A stretch of DNA of 64,000 nt from contig JAJEFD010000002.1 in assembly GCA_022820645.1 (NCBI GenBank), positions 327,796 to 391,795 on the forward strand, read 5' to 3'. Source of the DNA: Dehalococcoidia bacterium (GTDB lineage Bacteria > Chloroflexota > Dehalococcoidia > Lucifugimonadales > Australimonadaceae). Below the pieces are notes generated by a model. That model made no database searches, was not told where the DNA came from, and worked only from the letters and a program-made list of their open reading frames with translations. The position numbers and the translations under genes are program-made. Below are positions 1 to 8,410 of this stretch, piece after piece (positions within the stretch are counted from its first letter, which is position 1; the number at the start of each line of letters is the position of its first letter).

Positions 1-690
1 GGCGCCACGGCAGGAGTCGCGGCGAACTACATGGCGCGGGAGGATGCCACGTCGGTCGGCATGTTCGGCTCGGGCGGGATGGCGCGGACGTACCTGGAAG
101 CGTTCGCCAAGGTGCGCAAGATCGACTACTGCAAGGTGTACAGTCCCACCAAGGCGCACCGCGAGGCGTACGCGGCGGAGATGAGCGACAAGCTGGACAT
201 CAACGTCATCGCCGTCGACAGCCCGGACCAGGTCACCGAGGGAACGGACATCGTCGCGGGGTGCACCGACTCGGCGCAGCCCATCATCCACCCGCAGTAC
301 ATGGCACCCGGCATGCACGTGACGCCCGTCCTGCCGAAGGAGCTGCCGCGAGAGTCGGTCGAAAAGTTCGACGTCGTCGTGCGGCATAACAACGGAGGCG
401 CCGAGGGGTTCTTCGTCGGCCAGGACGAGGAGTACTCGGGGTTGCCCGCCGGGCACTTCGACAGCTCCTACCGGGGCGTCGACCGCAGCAGCGCTCCGAC
501 GCTTGCAGACCTCGTGTCGGGCAAGGCCCAGGGACGCACGAGCGACGACCAGCTGACCTGCTACTACAACGTGCCGGGCTCCGGGCTGCAGTTCGCCGCG
601 GTTGCCTACCGGACGTACGAGCTGGCGAAAGAGGCCGGACTGGGACGCGAACTCCCCACCGAGTGGTTCCTTGAGGACGAGCGGGACTAG
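1..690 (+). CDS. Ornithine cyclodeaminase / mu-crystallin family protein, 5' end cut by window edge
   Basis: Frame 1 is open from base 1 (GATAGVAANYMAREDA...), same frame as ORF 31..690. Rossmann-type GMFGSGGMA motif and a family-typical downstream layout. Confidence 0.7.
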   Translation, partial: GATAGVAANYMAREDATSVGMFGSGGMARTYLEAFAKVRKIDYCKVYSPTKAHREAYAAEMSDKLDINVIAVDSPDQVTEGTDIVAGCTDSAQPIIHPQYMAPGMHVTPVLPKELPRESVEKFDVVVRHNNGGAEGFFVGQDEEYSGLPAGHFDSSYRGVDRSSAPTLADLVSGKAQGRTSDDQLTCYYNVPGSGLQFAAVAYRTYELAKEAGLGRELPTEWFLEDERD

Positions 691-792
691 GGCCCGGTCA
701 ACGCGTTTGTTCTGCTTGACACGCAGGAGTGCGTTGCTGATGATTGCCGACAGCGCCGAATCCGATGGCGAATTTCGGAGCAGGAGGGCCTC

Positions 793-2001
793 ATGAGAAA
801 CAGAAACAAGATGTGGCAACTTCTTCTGGGGTTTGCTCTCACAGCCGGGCTGCTGACGGCGCTTGCCGGTTGTGGCTCCGACCCGACCGCAACGCCCACG
901 CCGGCGCCCCCTACCCCCACTCCAACAACCGCCCCTGACGCACCCGCGACAGCGGCGCCGAGCGCTCCGGCAGATCCCACAGCGACACCGGTCCCGGCGC
1001 CATCGTTCGATGCCGAGGCGCACTTCGAGGGCAAGACGCTGCGCATCGTCGTGGCGTGGGACCCCGGCAACAGCATCGACGCGCACGCGCGAGCGGTCTC
1101 GCGGGTGCTGCCGAGGTACATCCCCGGCAACCCGAAGTCCATCGTGGTCAACAAGGACGGCGCAACCGGCACGGTCGGCGGGAACTGGTGGCACGAGAAC
1201 TCGCAGGGCGACGGCCTCTGGCTGTTCGCCAACACCGGCGCGAACCCCATCTCGCAGATCCTGCGGCCGGGCGTTCGGTACGACTTCCGCGACTACACGT
1301 CGGTCGGCGGCATCATGCAGCGCACGACGATGTGGATCATCTCCGGCGACGCTCCGTACAACCGCATCCAGGAGGCATCCGGCGGCACTGAGGAGTTCAC
1401 CGTCGGGCTGAACACCGAGTCCGAGACAGGTACGGCGAAGGCGCTGGCGCTTGCCCAATGGCTCGACCTGCCGATGCGGCCGCTCTACGGGATCGGCTCC
1501 GGGTTCGCAACGTTCCTGACGACGTTCGACCGCGGCGACGCCGACAGCTACATCTCCGGCAGCGCGTGGTACCGCACACCCGGCTCGCGTCCGGGCTGGT
1601 TCGCGGACGGCGTCGTGGAACCGTTCGCCATGCTGGGTTCGGCGGACGTCTTCGCCAACAACGGCGAGATAGACGTTCCGGACGACCTTCCACCCGTAGT
1701 CGATCTGCTGACTGAGGAGCAGCAGGCGGTCTGGTCCGGCATGAACCTGGAGGACACGGCGTTCTACCGCGGCCTCTTCACGCCGAAGACGATCGAGCCA
1801 GAGGTACTTGCCGTGCTGCGCAAGGCGTTCGACGACATGTTCAACGACCCCGAGTACCAGGAGATCTACGAGAGCCTCGTCGGTCTCCCGGTCGACCAGG
1901 GCGGCAGGCTCGCGCCAGAAGTCGTTGACGCGGAACTGGAGAACTGGGCTGCGAACGCCGACGAGATCAAGGCGGTGTACACGCAGTTCCTTCCCCAGTA
2001 G
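793..2001 (+). CDS. Lipoprotein, TctC/Bug-family substrate-binding protein of a tripartite tricarboxylate-type transporter
   Basis: AGGAGGG RBS about 5 nt before the ATG. Signal peptide with lipobox LAGC and a Thr/Pro-rich linker. Mature part is TctC-like (RIVVAWDPGNSIDAHAR, VVNKDGATGTVGG). Directly upstream of a TctA-like permease. Confidence 0.62.
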   Translation: MRNRNKMWQLLLGFALTAGLLTALAGCGSDPTATPTPAPPTPTPTTAPDAPATAAPSAPADPTATPVPAPSFDAEAHFEGKTLRIVVAWDPGNSIDAHARAVSRVLPRYIPGNPKSIVVNKDGATGTVGGNWWHENSQGDGLWLFANTGANPISQILRPGVRYDFRDYTSVGGIMQRTTMWIISGDAPYNRIQEASGGTEEFTVGLNTESETGTAKALALAQWLDLPMRPLYGIGSGFATFLTTFDRGDADSYISGSAWYRTPGSRPGWFADGVVEPFAMLGSADVFANNGEIDVPDDLPPVVDLLTEEQQAVWSGMNLEDTAFYRGLFTPKTIEPEVLAVLRKAFDDMFNDPEYQEIYESLVGLPVDQGGRLAPEVVDAELENWAANADEIKAVYTQFLPQ

Positions 2002-2012
2002 ACGTGCGAGAC

Positions 2013-2044
2013 GATGAGCAACTCCCTTGCCGGAGTTGCTCATC
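2013..2044 (+). promoter_or_regulatory. Intercistronic stem-loop (13-bp perfect stem GATGAGCAACTCC/GGAGTTGCTCATC, 6-nt loop) after the binding-protein gene
   Basis: Read directly from the sequence. No T-run follows, so it is more likely an mRNA-stabilising or attenuating hairpin than a full terminator. Confidence 0.5.
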
Positions 2045-2081
2045 GCTCACATAGCACTTAGCGCCTAAGGAGTCAGGCAGC

Positions 2082-4166
2082 GTGGCCGAGTACATTGCCG
2101 CCCTGGGGTTCCTCGGAGACCCGCTCTACTGGACGATGTTGATCCTGGCAGTCGTGCTGCTGGGGACGATCGGCCTCATCCCGGGTCTGGGCAGCACGAC
2201 CATCGCGGCGATAGCCATCCCCTTCCTGCTATTCAACTTCGGCGACAACCCCACCGCGGGCATCATCTTCCTCGCGGCCCTCGGCGGGCTGAACAACACG
2301 CTGGACTCGGTGCCCGCCGTCCTGCTGGGCTACCCGGGCGCCGCCACGCAGGTCACGTTCCTGGAAGGACACCAGCTCGCGATGCGCGGGCGGGCCGCGC
2401 ACACGCTGGGGGCTATCTACGCCGTGTCCGCCATCGGCGGCGTGGTCGGGGCGGTAGCACTGCTCGCCATGATCCCGTTCATGCGCCCCATACTCGTCCG
2501 GTTCTCGTTCCCCGAGATCGCGGCGATGGCGATGTTCGGCGTGCTGATGGTGTCCGTGCTGAGCCGCGGCGCGATGATCAAAGGGGTCATCTCCGGGCTG
2601 CTCGGCGTCCTGGCCAGCACGATCGGCACCGACGGCATCCAGGGCCTTCCACGGCTCACCTTCGAGCAGATCTACCTGCTGGACGGGCTGCCGCTCATCC
2701 CGACCCTCATCGGCTTCTTCGCGCTGCCCGAGCTGATCGACCTGACCATGACGGGCCGTCCGGTCTCGGCGCCGGGGACCGTCTCGACGCGGGAGGTCCT
2801 GTCCGGCGCGCGGTACGGCGCGGGCAAATGGCGGGTGGCTATCCGGCAGAGCATGTTCGGCGTGTTCATGGGGGCGATACCGGGAATCGGGAGCGCCGTC
2901 ATCGACTGGCTCTCGTACGCGTTCGGCATCGCGCTGTCGAAAGACAAGACGGAGTTCGGCAGGGGGTCGCTGGACGGCGTCCTGTTCGCCGAGTCGGCGC
3001 AGAACTCGAAGGAGGGCGGCCAGGCGATCCCCACGCTGGCGTTCGGCATCCCCGGCGGCTCATCGTGGGCCATCGTGCTCGTCGGGCTCCTCTTCTACGG
3101 CATCGCTCCGGGCCTGGGGATGCTCGACCAGCACCTGGACGTGATGGTCGCCATCGTCGTTACGCTGGCGCTGGGCAACCTGCTCATCACGATGATGGGC
3201 GTGGTGGCGACGGGCCAGATCGCCAAGGTGACGCTGGTGCCCTACCCGCTGCTGGCGGCCGCACTGTTCCCGCTGGTGTTCATCGCGGCGTTCCAGTCGA
3301 CGACGGCGTGGGGCGACATCCTCGTGCTCATCGGCGCGGGCATGCTCGGCCTCGCGATGAAGTGGCTCGGCTGGCCGCGTCCCCCATTCATCCTCGGCTT
3401 CATCCTCGGGCCCATCATCGAGAAGAACCTGTGGACGGCGGTGGGCGTGTTCGGCCCGTTGGGGATGCTGACGCGGCCCATCTCGATCATCCTGCTCATC
3501 TTCGCGATCCTCAGCGTCATCTACCTGACGAAGGCGATGGCGAGGGGGACGGCGGTCGGTCAGATCGCTTCGGCCGCCGCCCAACAGGGAGGAGCCCCAC
3601 CGGTGCAGGGCGGCTCCGGGGACGGCCCCGCGGCGGCGGCAACCGCCGGATGGGGGAGGAGGCTCCTGGGCCAACTGCGCCCCCGCTGGACGTGGGACTC
3701 GCTCTTCCCCTTCGCGATGCTTGCGGTGGTCATCGCATTCCTCGTGGACGTCAGCGGACTGAACACCGGCGCCGCGAAGTTCCTGCCCCTGTACCTGAGC
3801 GCCGCCCTCATCCCGCTCATCCTGTACGAGACGTTCCGCATGAACGTGTACCGCTCGGAGCAGGTGGACATCATGGACCTGGGGATGCGCACCGGCACAG
3901 ACCGGGTAGCATTCCGCGCATTCCTCGGGATCTCGGCGTGGCTCGCCGCCATGGTCATCGGCGGCGCCATCGTCGGGCTCCAGTACGCCACGGTTGCGTT
4001 CGCAGTCCTCTTCGGATTCGCGACGCTGCAATGGCGAGGCCGCAAGAGGCTGTGGGCACTGGTGCCCGGCATTCTCGTGGCCGCAGTCGTGTTCGGAGTC
4101 CTGGACGCAATCATGCACGTCATCTGGCCTGACCGCGTTATACTCGACTGGCTTCTCGGGCGGTAA
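2082..4166 (+). CDS. tctA: TctA-family permease with a C-terminal TctB-like 4-TM extension (fusion)
   Basis: AAGGAG RBS 10 nt before the GTG. 694 aa, polytopic. The N-terminal ~500 aa are TctA/DUF112-like (GLIPGLGSTTIAAIAIPF..., SKEGGQAIPTLAFGIPG). A Gly/Ala/Pro linker is followed by about 150 aa with four hydrophobic helices. Confidence 0.8.
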   Translation: MAEYIAALGFLGDPLYWTMLILAVVLLGTIGLIPGLGSTTIAAIAIPFLLFNFGDNPTAGIIFLAALGGLNNTLDSVPAVLLGYPGAATQVTFLEGHQLAMRGRAAHTLGAIYAVSAIGGVVGAVALLAMIPFMRPILVRFSFPEIAAMAMFGVLMVSVLSRGAMIKGVISGLLGVLASTIGTDGIQGLPRLTFEQIYLLDGLPLIPTLIGFFALPELIDLTMTGRPVSAPGTVSTREVLSGARYGAGKWRVAIRQSMFGVFMGAIPGIGSAVIDWLSYAFGIALSKDKTEFGRGSLDGVLFAESAQNSKEGGQAIPTLAFGIPGGSSWAIVLVGLLFYGIAPGLGMLDQHLDVMVAIVVTLALGNLLITMMGVVATGQIAKVTLVPYPLLAAALFPLVFIAAFQSTTAWGDILVLIGAGMLGLAMKWLGWPRPPFILGFILGPIIEKNLWTAVGVFGPLGMLTRPISIILLIFAILSVIYLTKAMARGTAVGQIASAAAQQGGAPPVQGGSGDGPAAAATAGWGRRLLGQLRPRWTWDSLFPFAMLAVVIAFLVDVSGLNTGAAKFLPLYLSAALIPLILYETFRMNVYRSEQVDIMDLGMRTGTDRVAFRAFLGISAWLAAMVIGGAIVGLQYATVAFAVLFGFATLQWRGRKRLWALVPGILVAAVVFGVLDAIMHVIWPDRVILDWLLGR

Positions 4167-4196
4167 ACCGCACCGCGACCGACAAAGGAGGCACCC

Positions 4197-4784
4197 ATGC
4201 GCCGTACGATCGTTCGACAGACCACAACCGCAGCCATCATCGTGGCGCTGGGACTGGCGTTACTGCTCGCCCTCGTGTCAGGAGTCACGCCGTTCGGGTC
4301 CAAGGCCCAGGGAGATGACGCGTCGTTCGCGCCAAGCGTCGCTGTCTGGCCAGGCGTCGGAGAACTGCACAGCGGCAGCAGCTTCGCGATCATGGGCACC
4401 GGGTTCCATCCGGGGCAGAAGATACACGTGCTGCTCCAGACGAGCATCGGGCGAGGTTTCGCCGGCACCGTGATCAACGAGATCACCGAGAACGTGCAGC
4501 CGCCGATCGAGGCGGTGGACGAGTCGGGGAACTTCGCCGCACGCTTCGACATGGGCCGGTTCGAGCGCGTGATGTCTGAAGGGATCGCGGGCATCACCGT
4601 GACCGACACCGACTTCAACGTGCTGGCATCGACCCCCGTAGCCATGTGCGACCCGCAAGGCCGGTCGCGAGTCGAGGTGTACCCGCGCGGGGCACCCGAC
4701 TACGCAGCGAACCCGGACGACCCGCGTCCGAGCACGTACTGCGCCGGTTTCTTCGAGTACCCCGAGCGTCCCGAGGCAGGCTAG
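4197..4784 (+). CDS. Hypothetical secreted protein
   Basis: AAAGGAGG RBS and an N-terminal signal/anchor helix. No recognisable catalytic motif. Confidence 0.55.
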   Translation: MRRTIVRQTTTAAIIVALGLALLLALVSGVTPFGSKAQGDDASFAPSVAVWPGVGELHSGSSFAIMGTGFHPGQKIHVLLQTSIGRGFAGTVINEITENVQPPIEAVDESGNFAARFDMGRFERVMSEGIAGITVTDTDFNVLASTPVAMCDPQGRSRVEVYPRGAPDYAANPDDPRPSTYCAGFFEYPERPEAG

Positions 4785-4807
4785 TCCGCGTCTTGCATAC
4801 GAACGAG

Positions 4808-4833
4808 GAAGGGCCAGCGTGCGCTGGCCCTTC
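4808..4833 (+). terminator. Candidate terminator hairpin (GAAGGGCCAGCG..CGCTGGCCCTTC)
   Basis: 12-nt inverted repeat 24 nt after the stop of 4197..4784. Only a weak T-rich tail (TTCTGTCGTG). Confidence 0.35.
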
Positions 4834-4874
4834 TGTCGTGCGTGGGGACAGCAGAGGCGTCTCGTAGCCTCGGG

Positions 4875-4897
4875 AAGCGTGGTGGGCCGGGCAGGAC
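4875..4897. repeat. Direct repeat AAGCGTGGTGGGCCGGGCAGGAC (distal att-like copy, partial tRNA 3' end)
   Basis: Identical 23-mer at 5679..5701. Confidence 0.85.
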
Positions 4898-4999
4898 AAA
4901 AATCGAGAACCGCGAAAAGTGTCAGCAAAATTGACATCGACGAGAGTTCTAAACTAGTCTGATATCTAGTCAGAATCAGAATAATGGTTGGAGTGCACC

Positions 5000-5260
5000 A
5001 TGAGCAAGCGATGGCCCGTGCAGGATGCCAAATCGCGATTCAGCGAGTTCCTTGATACCGCCCTTGCCGAAGGACCTCAGATCGTGACCAAGCGCGGCGT
5101 CGAGGCCGCAGTACTTCTTCCTATCGAGCAATGGCGGAGGCTGGAGCGAATGACCAGGCCGGACCTGAAAGAGCTGCTTCTGGCCTCGGAAGCACGGACC
5201 GAGGAACTCACTCCGCCACGTCGCCAGTATCGTCACCGAGTGCATTTGCCCATGGAGTAG
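5000..5260 (+). CDS. Type II antitoxin, Phd/YefM family
   Basis: MSKRWPVQDAKSRFSEFLD...IVTKRGVEAAVLLPIEQW is a typical Phd/YefM N-domain. Lies 4 nt upstream of a PIN toxin gene. An alternative TTG start exists at 4988. Confidence 0.8.
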   Translation: MSKRWPVQDAKSRFSEFLDTALAEGPQIVTKRGVEAAVLLPIEQWRRLERMTRPDLKELLLASEARTEELTPPRRQYRHRVHLPME

Positions 5261-5264
5261 GCCT

Positions 5265-5669
5265 TTGTACCTCCTCGACACCAACGTGGTCTCGGAGCTG
5301 CGGCGCCCTCGCCCCCATGCCGCTGTCCTGGACTGGATCGCAGACGTGCCAGCTGAGCAACTCTTCGTTTCTGCCGTCACGATCGGAGAGATACAGGCTG
5401 GGATCGAAATCACGCGTGAGCAGGACGAGGACAAGGCAGAAGAACTGGAAGCCTGGCTGGACAAGGTCCTGGCCTCGTATGGTGTTTTGCCGATGGACGC
5501 GCCTGCCTTTCGGGAGTGGGCACGGCTCATGCACAGGAAGTCGGATACCATGAGCGAGGATGCCATGATTGCAGCGACAGCCAGCGTGCACCGGCTGACA
5601 GTGGTCACCCGGAACGTGAGTGACTTCAACCAGCTTGGCGTTGAGTTGCAGAATCCCTTCGAGTTATAG
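5265..5669 (+). CDS. vapC: Type II toxin, PIN-domain ribonuclease VapC/FitB family
   Basis: LLDTNVVSE..., GEIQAGI, AMIAATA and TRNVSDF motifs match the PIN acidic quartet layout. TTG start. Paired with the upstream antitoxin. Confidence 0.85.
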   Translation: MYLLDTNVVSELRRPRPHAAVLDWIADVPAEQLFVSAVTIGEIQAGIEITREQDEDKAEELEAWLDKVLASYGVLPMDAPAFREWARLMHRKSDTMSEDAMIAATASVHRLTVVTRNVSDFNQLGVELQNPFEL

Positions 5670-5678
5670 GAAAACGAA

Positions 5679-5701
5679 AAGCGTGGTGGGCCGGGCAGGA
5701 C
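5679..5701. repeat. Direct repeat AAGCGTGGTGGGCCGGGCAGGAC (proximal copy, overlaps tRNA 3' end)
   Basis: Covers the last 18 nt of the tRNA including CCA, plus 5 nt of 3' flank. Confidence 0.85.
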
Positions 5702-5760
5702 TTGAACCCGCGACCAGACGATTATGAGTCGTCCGCTCTGACCAACTGAGCTACCGGCCC
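5684..5760 (-). tRNA. tRNA with CAT anticodon (elongator Met, or Ile2 if lysidinylated), CCA encoded
   Basis: Minus strand reads GGGCCGGTAGCTCAGTTGGTCAGAGCGGACGACTCATAATCGTCTGGTCGCGGGTTCAAGTCCTGCCCGGCCCACCA. It has a 7-bp acceptor stem, D and T arms, and anticodon loop CTCATAA. The anticodon stem lacks the initiator GGG/CCC. Confidence 0.9.
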
Positions 5761-5770
5761 CCAGGGCACC

Positions 5771-5776
5771 AGTATA
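5771..5776 (-). promoter_or_regulatory. Candidate -10 (TATACT on minus strand) for the tRNA
   Basis: The hexamer ends 10 nt upstream of the mature tRNA 5' end. No convincing -35. Confidence 0.3.
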
Positions 5777-5827
5777 TGCGGATATCGGGGAGCAGCGCGC
5801 TGAAGCACAGGACCGACGGAGAGGCCC

Positions 5828-5868
5828 GAGAGATTCCTCGACTCCGCTACGCTCCGCTCGGAATGACA
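5828..5868 (+). repeat. 41-nt repeat module C (GAGAGATTCCTCGACTCCGCTACGCTCCGCTCGGAATGACA)
   Basis: Near-identical copies at 15571..15611 (+) and 54332..54372 (-), each differing from the next by one base. Confidence 0.85.
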
Positions 5869-5882
5869 GGCTGGAACGCCAG

Positions 5883-6842
5883 CTAGTCGGCTTCCGGGGG
5901 CATCCCGCGCATGACGGAAGCCACACGGTCGGAGGTGACGCCGGAGCTGTCGAGCAGCTGTCCGGCCACGTCCTCGGGGTTCTCCACGAGGGCAAGCAGC
6001 AGGTGGCCGGTGCCGACAGTGCGAAGACCGCCGTTGCGGGATATGCGCACCGCCCGCTCGATGACGCGCTGGCAGCGCTGGGTCATGCTCGCGGTCCCGC
6101 CGAAGAGCGGCCCGCGCCTGCTGATGATGTTCTCGATCTCGCGCCTGATGGAAGCCGGGTCGGCCCCGAGCTCCAACACGATGCGCGACGCCTGCGAGCG
6201 CGAGTCGCTCAGCACGCCGAGGAGCAGATGCTCGGTGCCCATGTTCGACTGCTCGAAACGCTTCGCCTCCTCCTGCATGAAGGAGAGCGCGCGCCACGCG
6301 AGGCCGGTGAACCGCCCCGGAGCAGCGTCCCGGGCCGCGCCGCCGCCACTCGAACGTTGCGTCAGCGCCGCGGCAGCGCCCTCGTCCGGCGGGGCCTTGA
6401 GCAGCACCCGCAGGCCCAGCGTCCCGAGCAGCAGAGCGCCCAGCGAGGTCGCGATGACCATCCGTCCGGGGATACCGACGAGGAACGCCGGCAGGCCGAG
6501 GAAGGTGCCGGAGTTGAAGCGCTCCAGCGGGATGAAGAGCATGAGCACCAGCGGCGCCACGACGAAGACGTAGATGAGCCATGAGTACCGCGCGCCGAAC
6601 TGCGCGCTGCCTCGAACGCCCACGATCATCGCACCGCCCACGACGATGCCGATAACTCCAACGAGTATCGTCCGCAGGTACGCGGCCATACCGCTGAGCG
6701 CACTCGGGAGGGGGCCGTGCCCCAGGGTACGGTCCGTGCCTTCCGCGAACCACATCGCGAGGAGCAGGAGTACCCATAGGAATATCGAGGCCAGGATTAC
6801 GGAGGTTGCCTGTCGGGCAGGAGACTTCTCGGTCATGTTCAC
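5883..6842 (-). CDS. Membrane-anchored protein with C-terminal double Clp-N (Clp R) repeat domain
   Basis: Four N-terminal hydrophobic helices followed by MGTEHLLLGVL...GTGHLLLALV, the two-repeat Clp N-domain signature. GTG at 6842 or ATG at 6836. Confidence 0.7.
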   Translation of the reverse strand: MNMTEKSPARQATSVILASIFLWVLLLLAMWFAEGTDRTLGHGPLPSALSGMAAYLRTILVGVIGIVVGGAMIVGVRGSAQFGARYSWLIYVFVVAPLVLMLFIPLERFNSGTFLGLPAFLVGIPGRMVIATSLGALLLGTLGLRVLLKAPPDEGAAAALTQRSSGGGAARDAAPGRFTGLAWRALSFMQEEAKRFEQSNMGTEHLLLGVLSDSRSQASRIVLELGADPASIRREIENIISRRGPLFGGTASMTQRCQRVIERAVRISRNGGLRTVGTGHLLLALVENPEDVAGQLLDSSGVTSDRVASVMRGMPPEAD

Positions 6843-6997
6843 ACTGCAGACGGCCTATGCCGCGAGGTATTCTCAGAGACTCTACTTTACTCTCCCCGTA
6901 CGACAGCGAGAAGGCGTTGGCCTTCCCTGTTTTGATAAGATGGGGCACCGTGAGAAACCGGCGGGGACGCCCGCCAACGAAGGAGCCGATCGTCAAG

Positions 6998-8410
6998 ATG
7001 ACCGAAGCGAAAGCGTCCCGGATCGAGAGAGACACCATGGGGGAGATGGAGGTGCCGGCGGACGCTTACTGGGGCGCGTCCACGCAGCGCGCCGTGCTCA
7101 ACTTCCCCATCAGCACCCTGCGCTACCCTCCCGCCTTCATCCACATGCTCGGCCGCATCAAGCGCGCCGCGGCACGGACGAACACCGGGCTCGGCCTGCT
7201 CGATCAGGCCGTCGCCGACAGCATCGAGGCGGCTGCGACCGAGGTGGTCGACGGCAAGTGGGACGAGCATTTCGTCGTTGACCTCTTCCAGACCGGCTCC
7301 GGCACGTCGACCAACACGAACGCGAACGAGGTCATCGCGCGCCGCGCCCGCGAGCTGACGCCCGGCGTGAACGTCCACCCCAACGACCACGTCAACATGG
7401 CGCAGTCGTCCAACGACGTCATCCCCACGGCGAGCCATCTCACCGCCGCCGAGGCGCTCAACGGCGAACTCATCCCGGCGCTCGAACAGGCGCGGGCGGC
7501 GCTCGCGGCAAAGTCCGAGGAGTTCTGGGGCATCATCAAGACCGGCAGGACGCACCTGCAGGACGCCACGCCCATCCGGCTTGGACAGGAGTTCGCGGGG
7601 TACGCGAGCCAGCTGGAGTTGAGCATCGCGCGCCTGCGCCCGCACGTAGACGCGCTGTGCGAGGTCGCGCTGGGCGGCACCGCCGTCGGCACCGGCATCA
7701 ACGCGCACGAGGAGTTCGCCGCTCGCACCTGCGCGTCGCTCGGCGAGGAGCTGGGGCTGCCGGTACGCGAGACCGCGCACCACTTCCAGGCGCAGGGCAC
7801 GCAGGACACGATGCTCGCGGCCAGCGGCGCGGTGCGCGGAGCAGCGGTCTCGCTGCAGAAGATCGCGAACGACCTGCGCTGGCTGTCGTCGGGCCCTCGC
7901 GCGGGGCTGGCGGAGCTGGAACTGCCCACCGTGCAGCCCGGATCGTCCATCATGCCCGGCAAGGTGAACCCGGTGATACCGGAGTCGGTCGTGCAGGTGG
8001 TCTGCCAGGTCATCGGCAACGACGCTGCGGTCGCGGCTGCAGCGCAGGGCGGCTACCTGGAACTGAACACCTACTGGCCGGTCGCGGCGTACAACCTGCA
8101 CCAGGCGATCACGCTCCTGGCGTCCGCGACGGCGAACTTCGAGGAGCAGTGCCTGCGCGGCATCAACGCCACGAGCAAGGGGCCGGACATGGTCGAACAG
8201 GGGCTGATGATGGCCACCGGCCTGACGCCCGCCATCGGCTACGACAAGGCAACCGCCATCGCCAAGACCGCGGCGGCGCAGGGGATCACGATACGAGAGC
8301 TGGCGAAGACGGAGGCCGGTCTCACCGACGAGCAACTCGAAGAGCTGCTGGACCCGGCGCGCATGACTGCCCCCGGCATCGTGGAGGGTGCGTCGGGCGG
8401 AGGCGGTTAG
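6998..8410 (+). CDS. Class II fumarate hydratase / aspartate ammonia-lyase family lyase
   Basis: AAGGAG RBS 12 nt before the ATG. GSSIMPGKVNP SS-loop, TGSGTSTNTNANEV and VPADAYWGASTQR motifs. Shows mixed FumC-like and AspA-like features, so only the family is called. Confidence 0.85.
   Translation: MTEAKASRIERDTMGEMEVPADAYWGASTQRAVLNFPISTLRYPPAFIHMLGRIKRAAARTNTGLGLLDQAVADSIEAAATEVVDGKWDEHFVVDLFQTGSGTSTNTNANEVIARRARELTPGVNVHPNDHVNMAQSSNDVIPTASHLTAAEALNGELIPALEQARAALAAKSEEFWGIIKTGRTHLQDATPIRLGQEFAGYASQLELSIARLRPHVDALCEVALGGTAVGTGINAHEEFAARTCASLGEELGLPVRETAHHFQAQGTQDTMLAASGAVRGAAVSLQKIANDLRWLSSGPRAGLAELELPTVQPGSSIMPGKVNPVIPESVVQVVCQVIGNDAAVAAAAQGGYLELNTYWPVAAYNLHQAITLLASATANFEEQCLRGINATSKGPDMVEQGLMMATGLTPAIGYDKATAIAKTAAAQGITIRELAKTEAGLTDEQLEELLDPARMTAPGIVEGASGGGG

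Larger units (their letters stand above)
4875..5701. mobile_element. Degenerate tRNA-targeted integrated islet (no integrase) carrying a Phd/VapC toxin-antitoxin pair
   Basis: Bounded by a perfect 23-nt direct repeat, one copy of which is the 3' end of tRNA-Met. The interior is AT-richer at its left edge and contains only the TA module. Confidence 0.5.

Noticed and set aside
870-1000. Thr/Pro/Ala-rich coding repeats as a possible shared mobile or repeated DNA segment (also 43170..43270, 58440..58550, 51940..51970)
   Set aside because: The similarity is at the amino-acid composition level only (lipoprotein linkers). The nucleotide sequences differ, so these are not repeats in the DNA sense.
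4875-5701. Calling the tRNA-flanked islet an active integrative element or prophage remnant
   Set aside because: No integrase, excisionase or phage gene is present anywhere in the window. Only the repeat architecture supports a mobile origin, so it is reported as degenerate or hypothetical.
5722-7038. 438-aa minus-strand ORF covering the tRNA, repeat module C and the Clp-N gene region
   Set aside because: It overlaps a tRNA and a repeat, has low-complexity Arg/Gly/Pro composition, and the alternative frame (5883..6842) has a clear domain structure.
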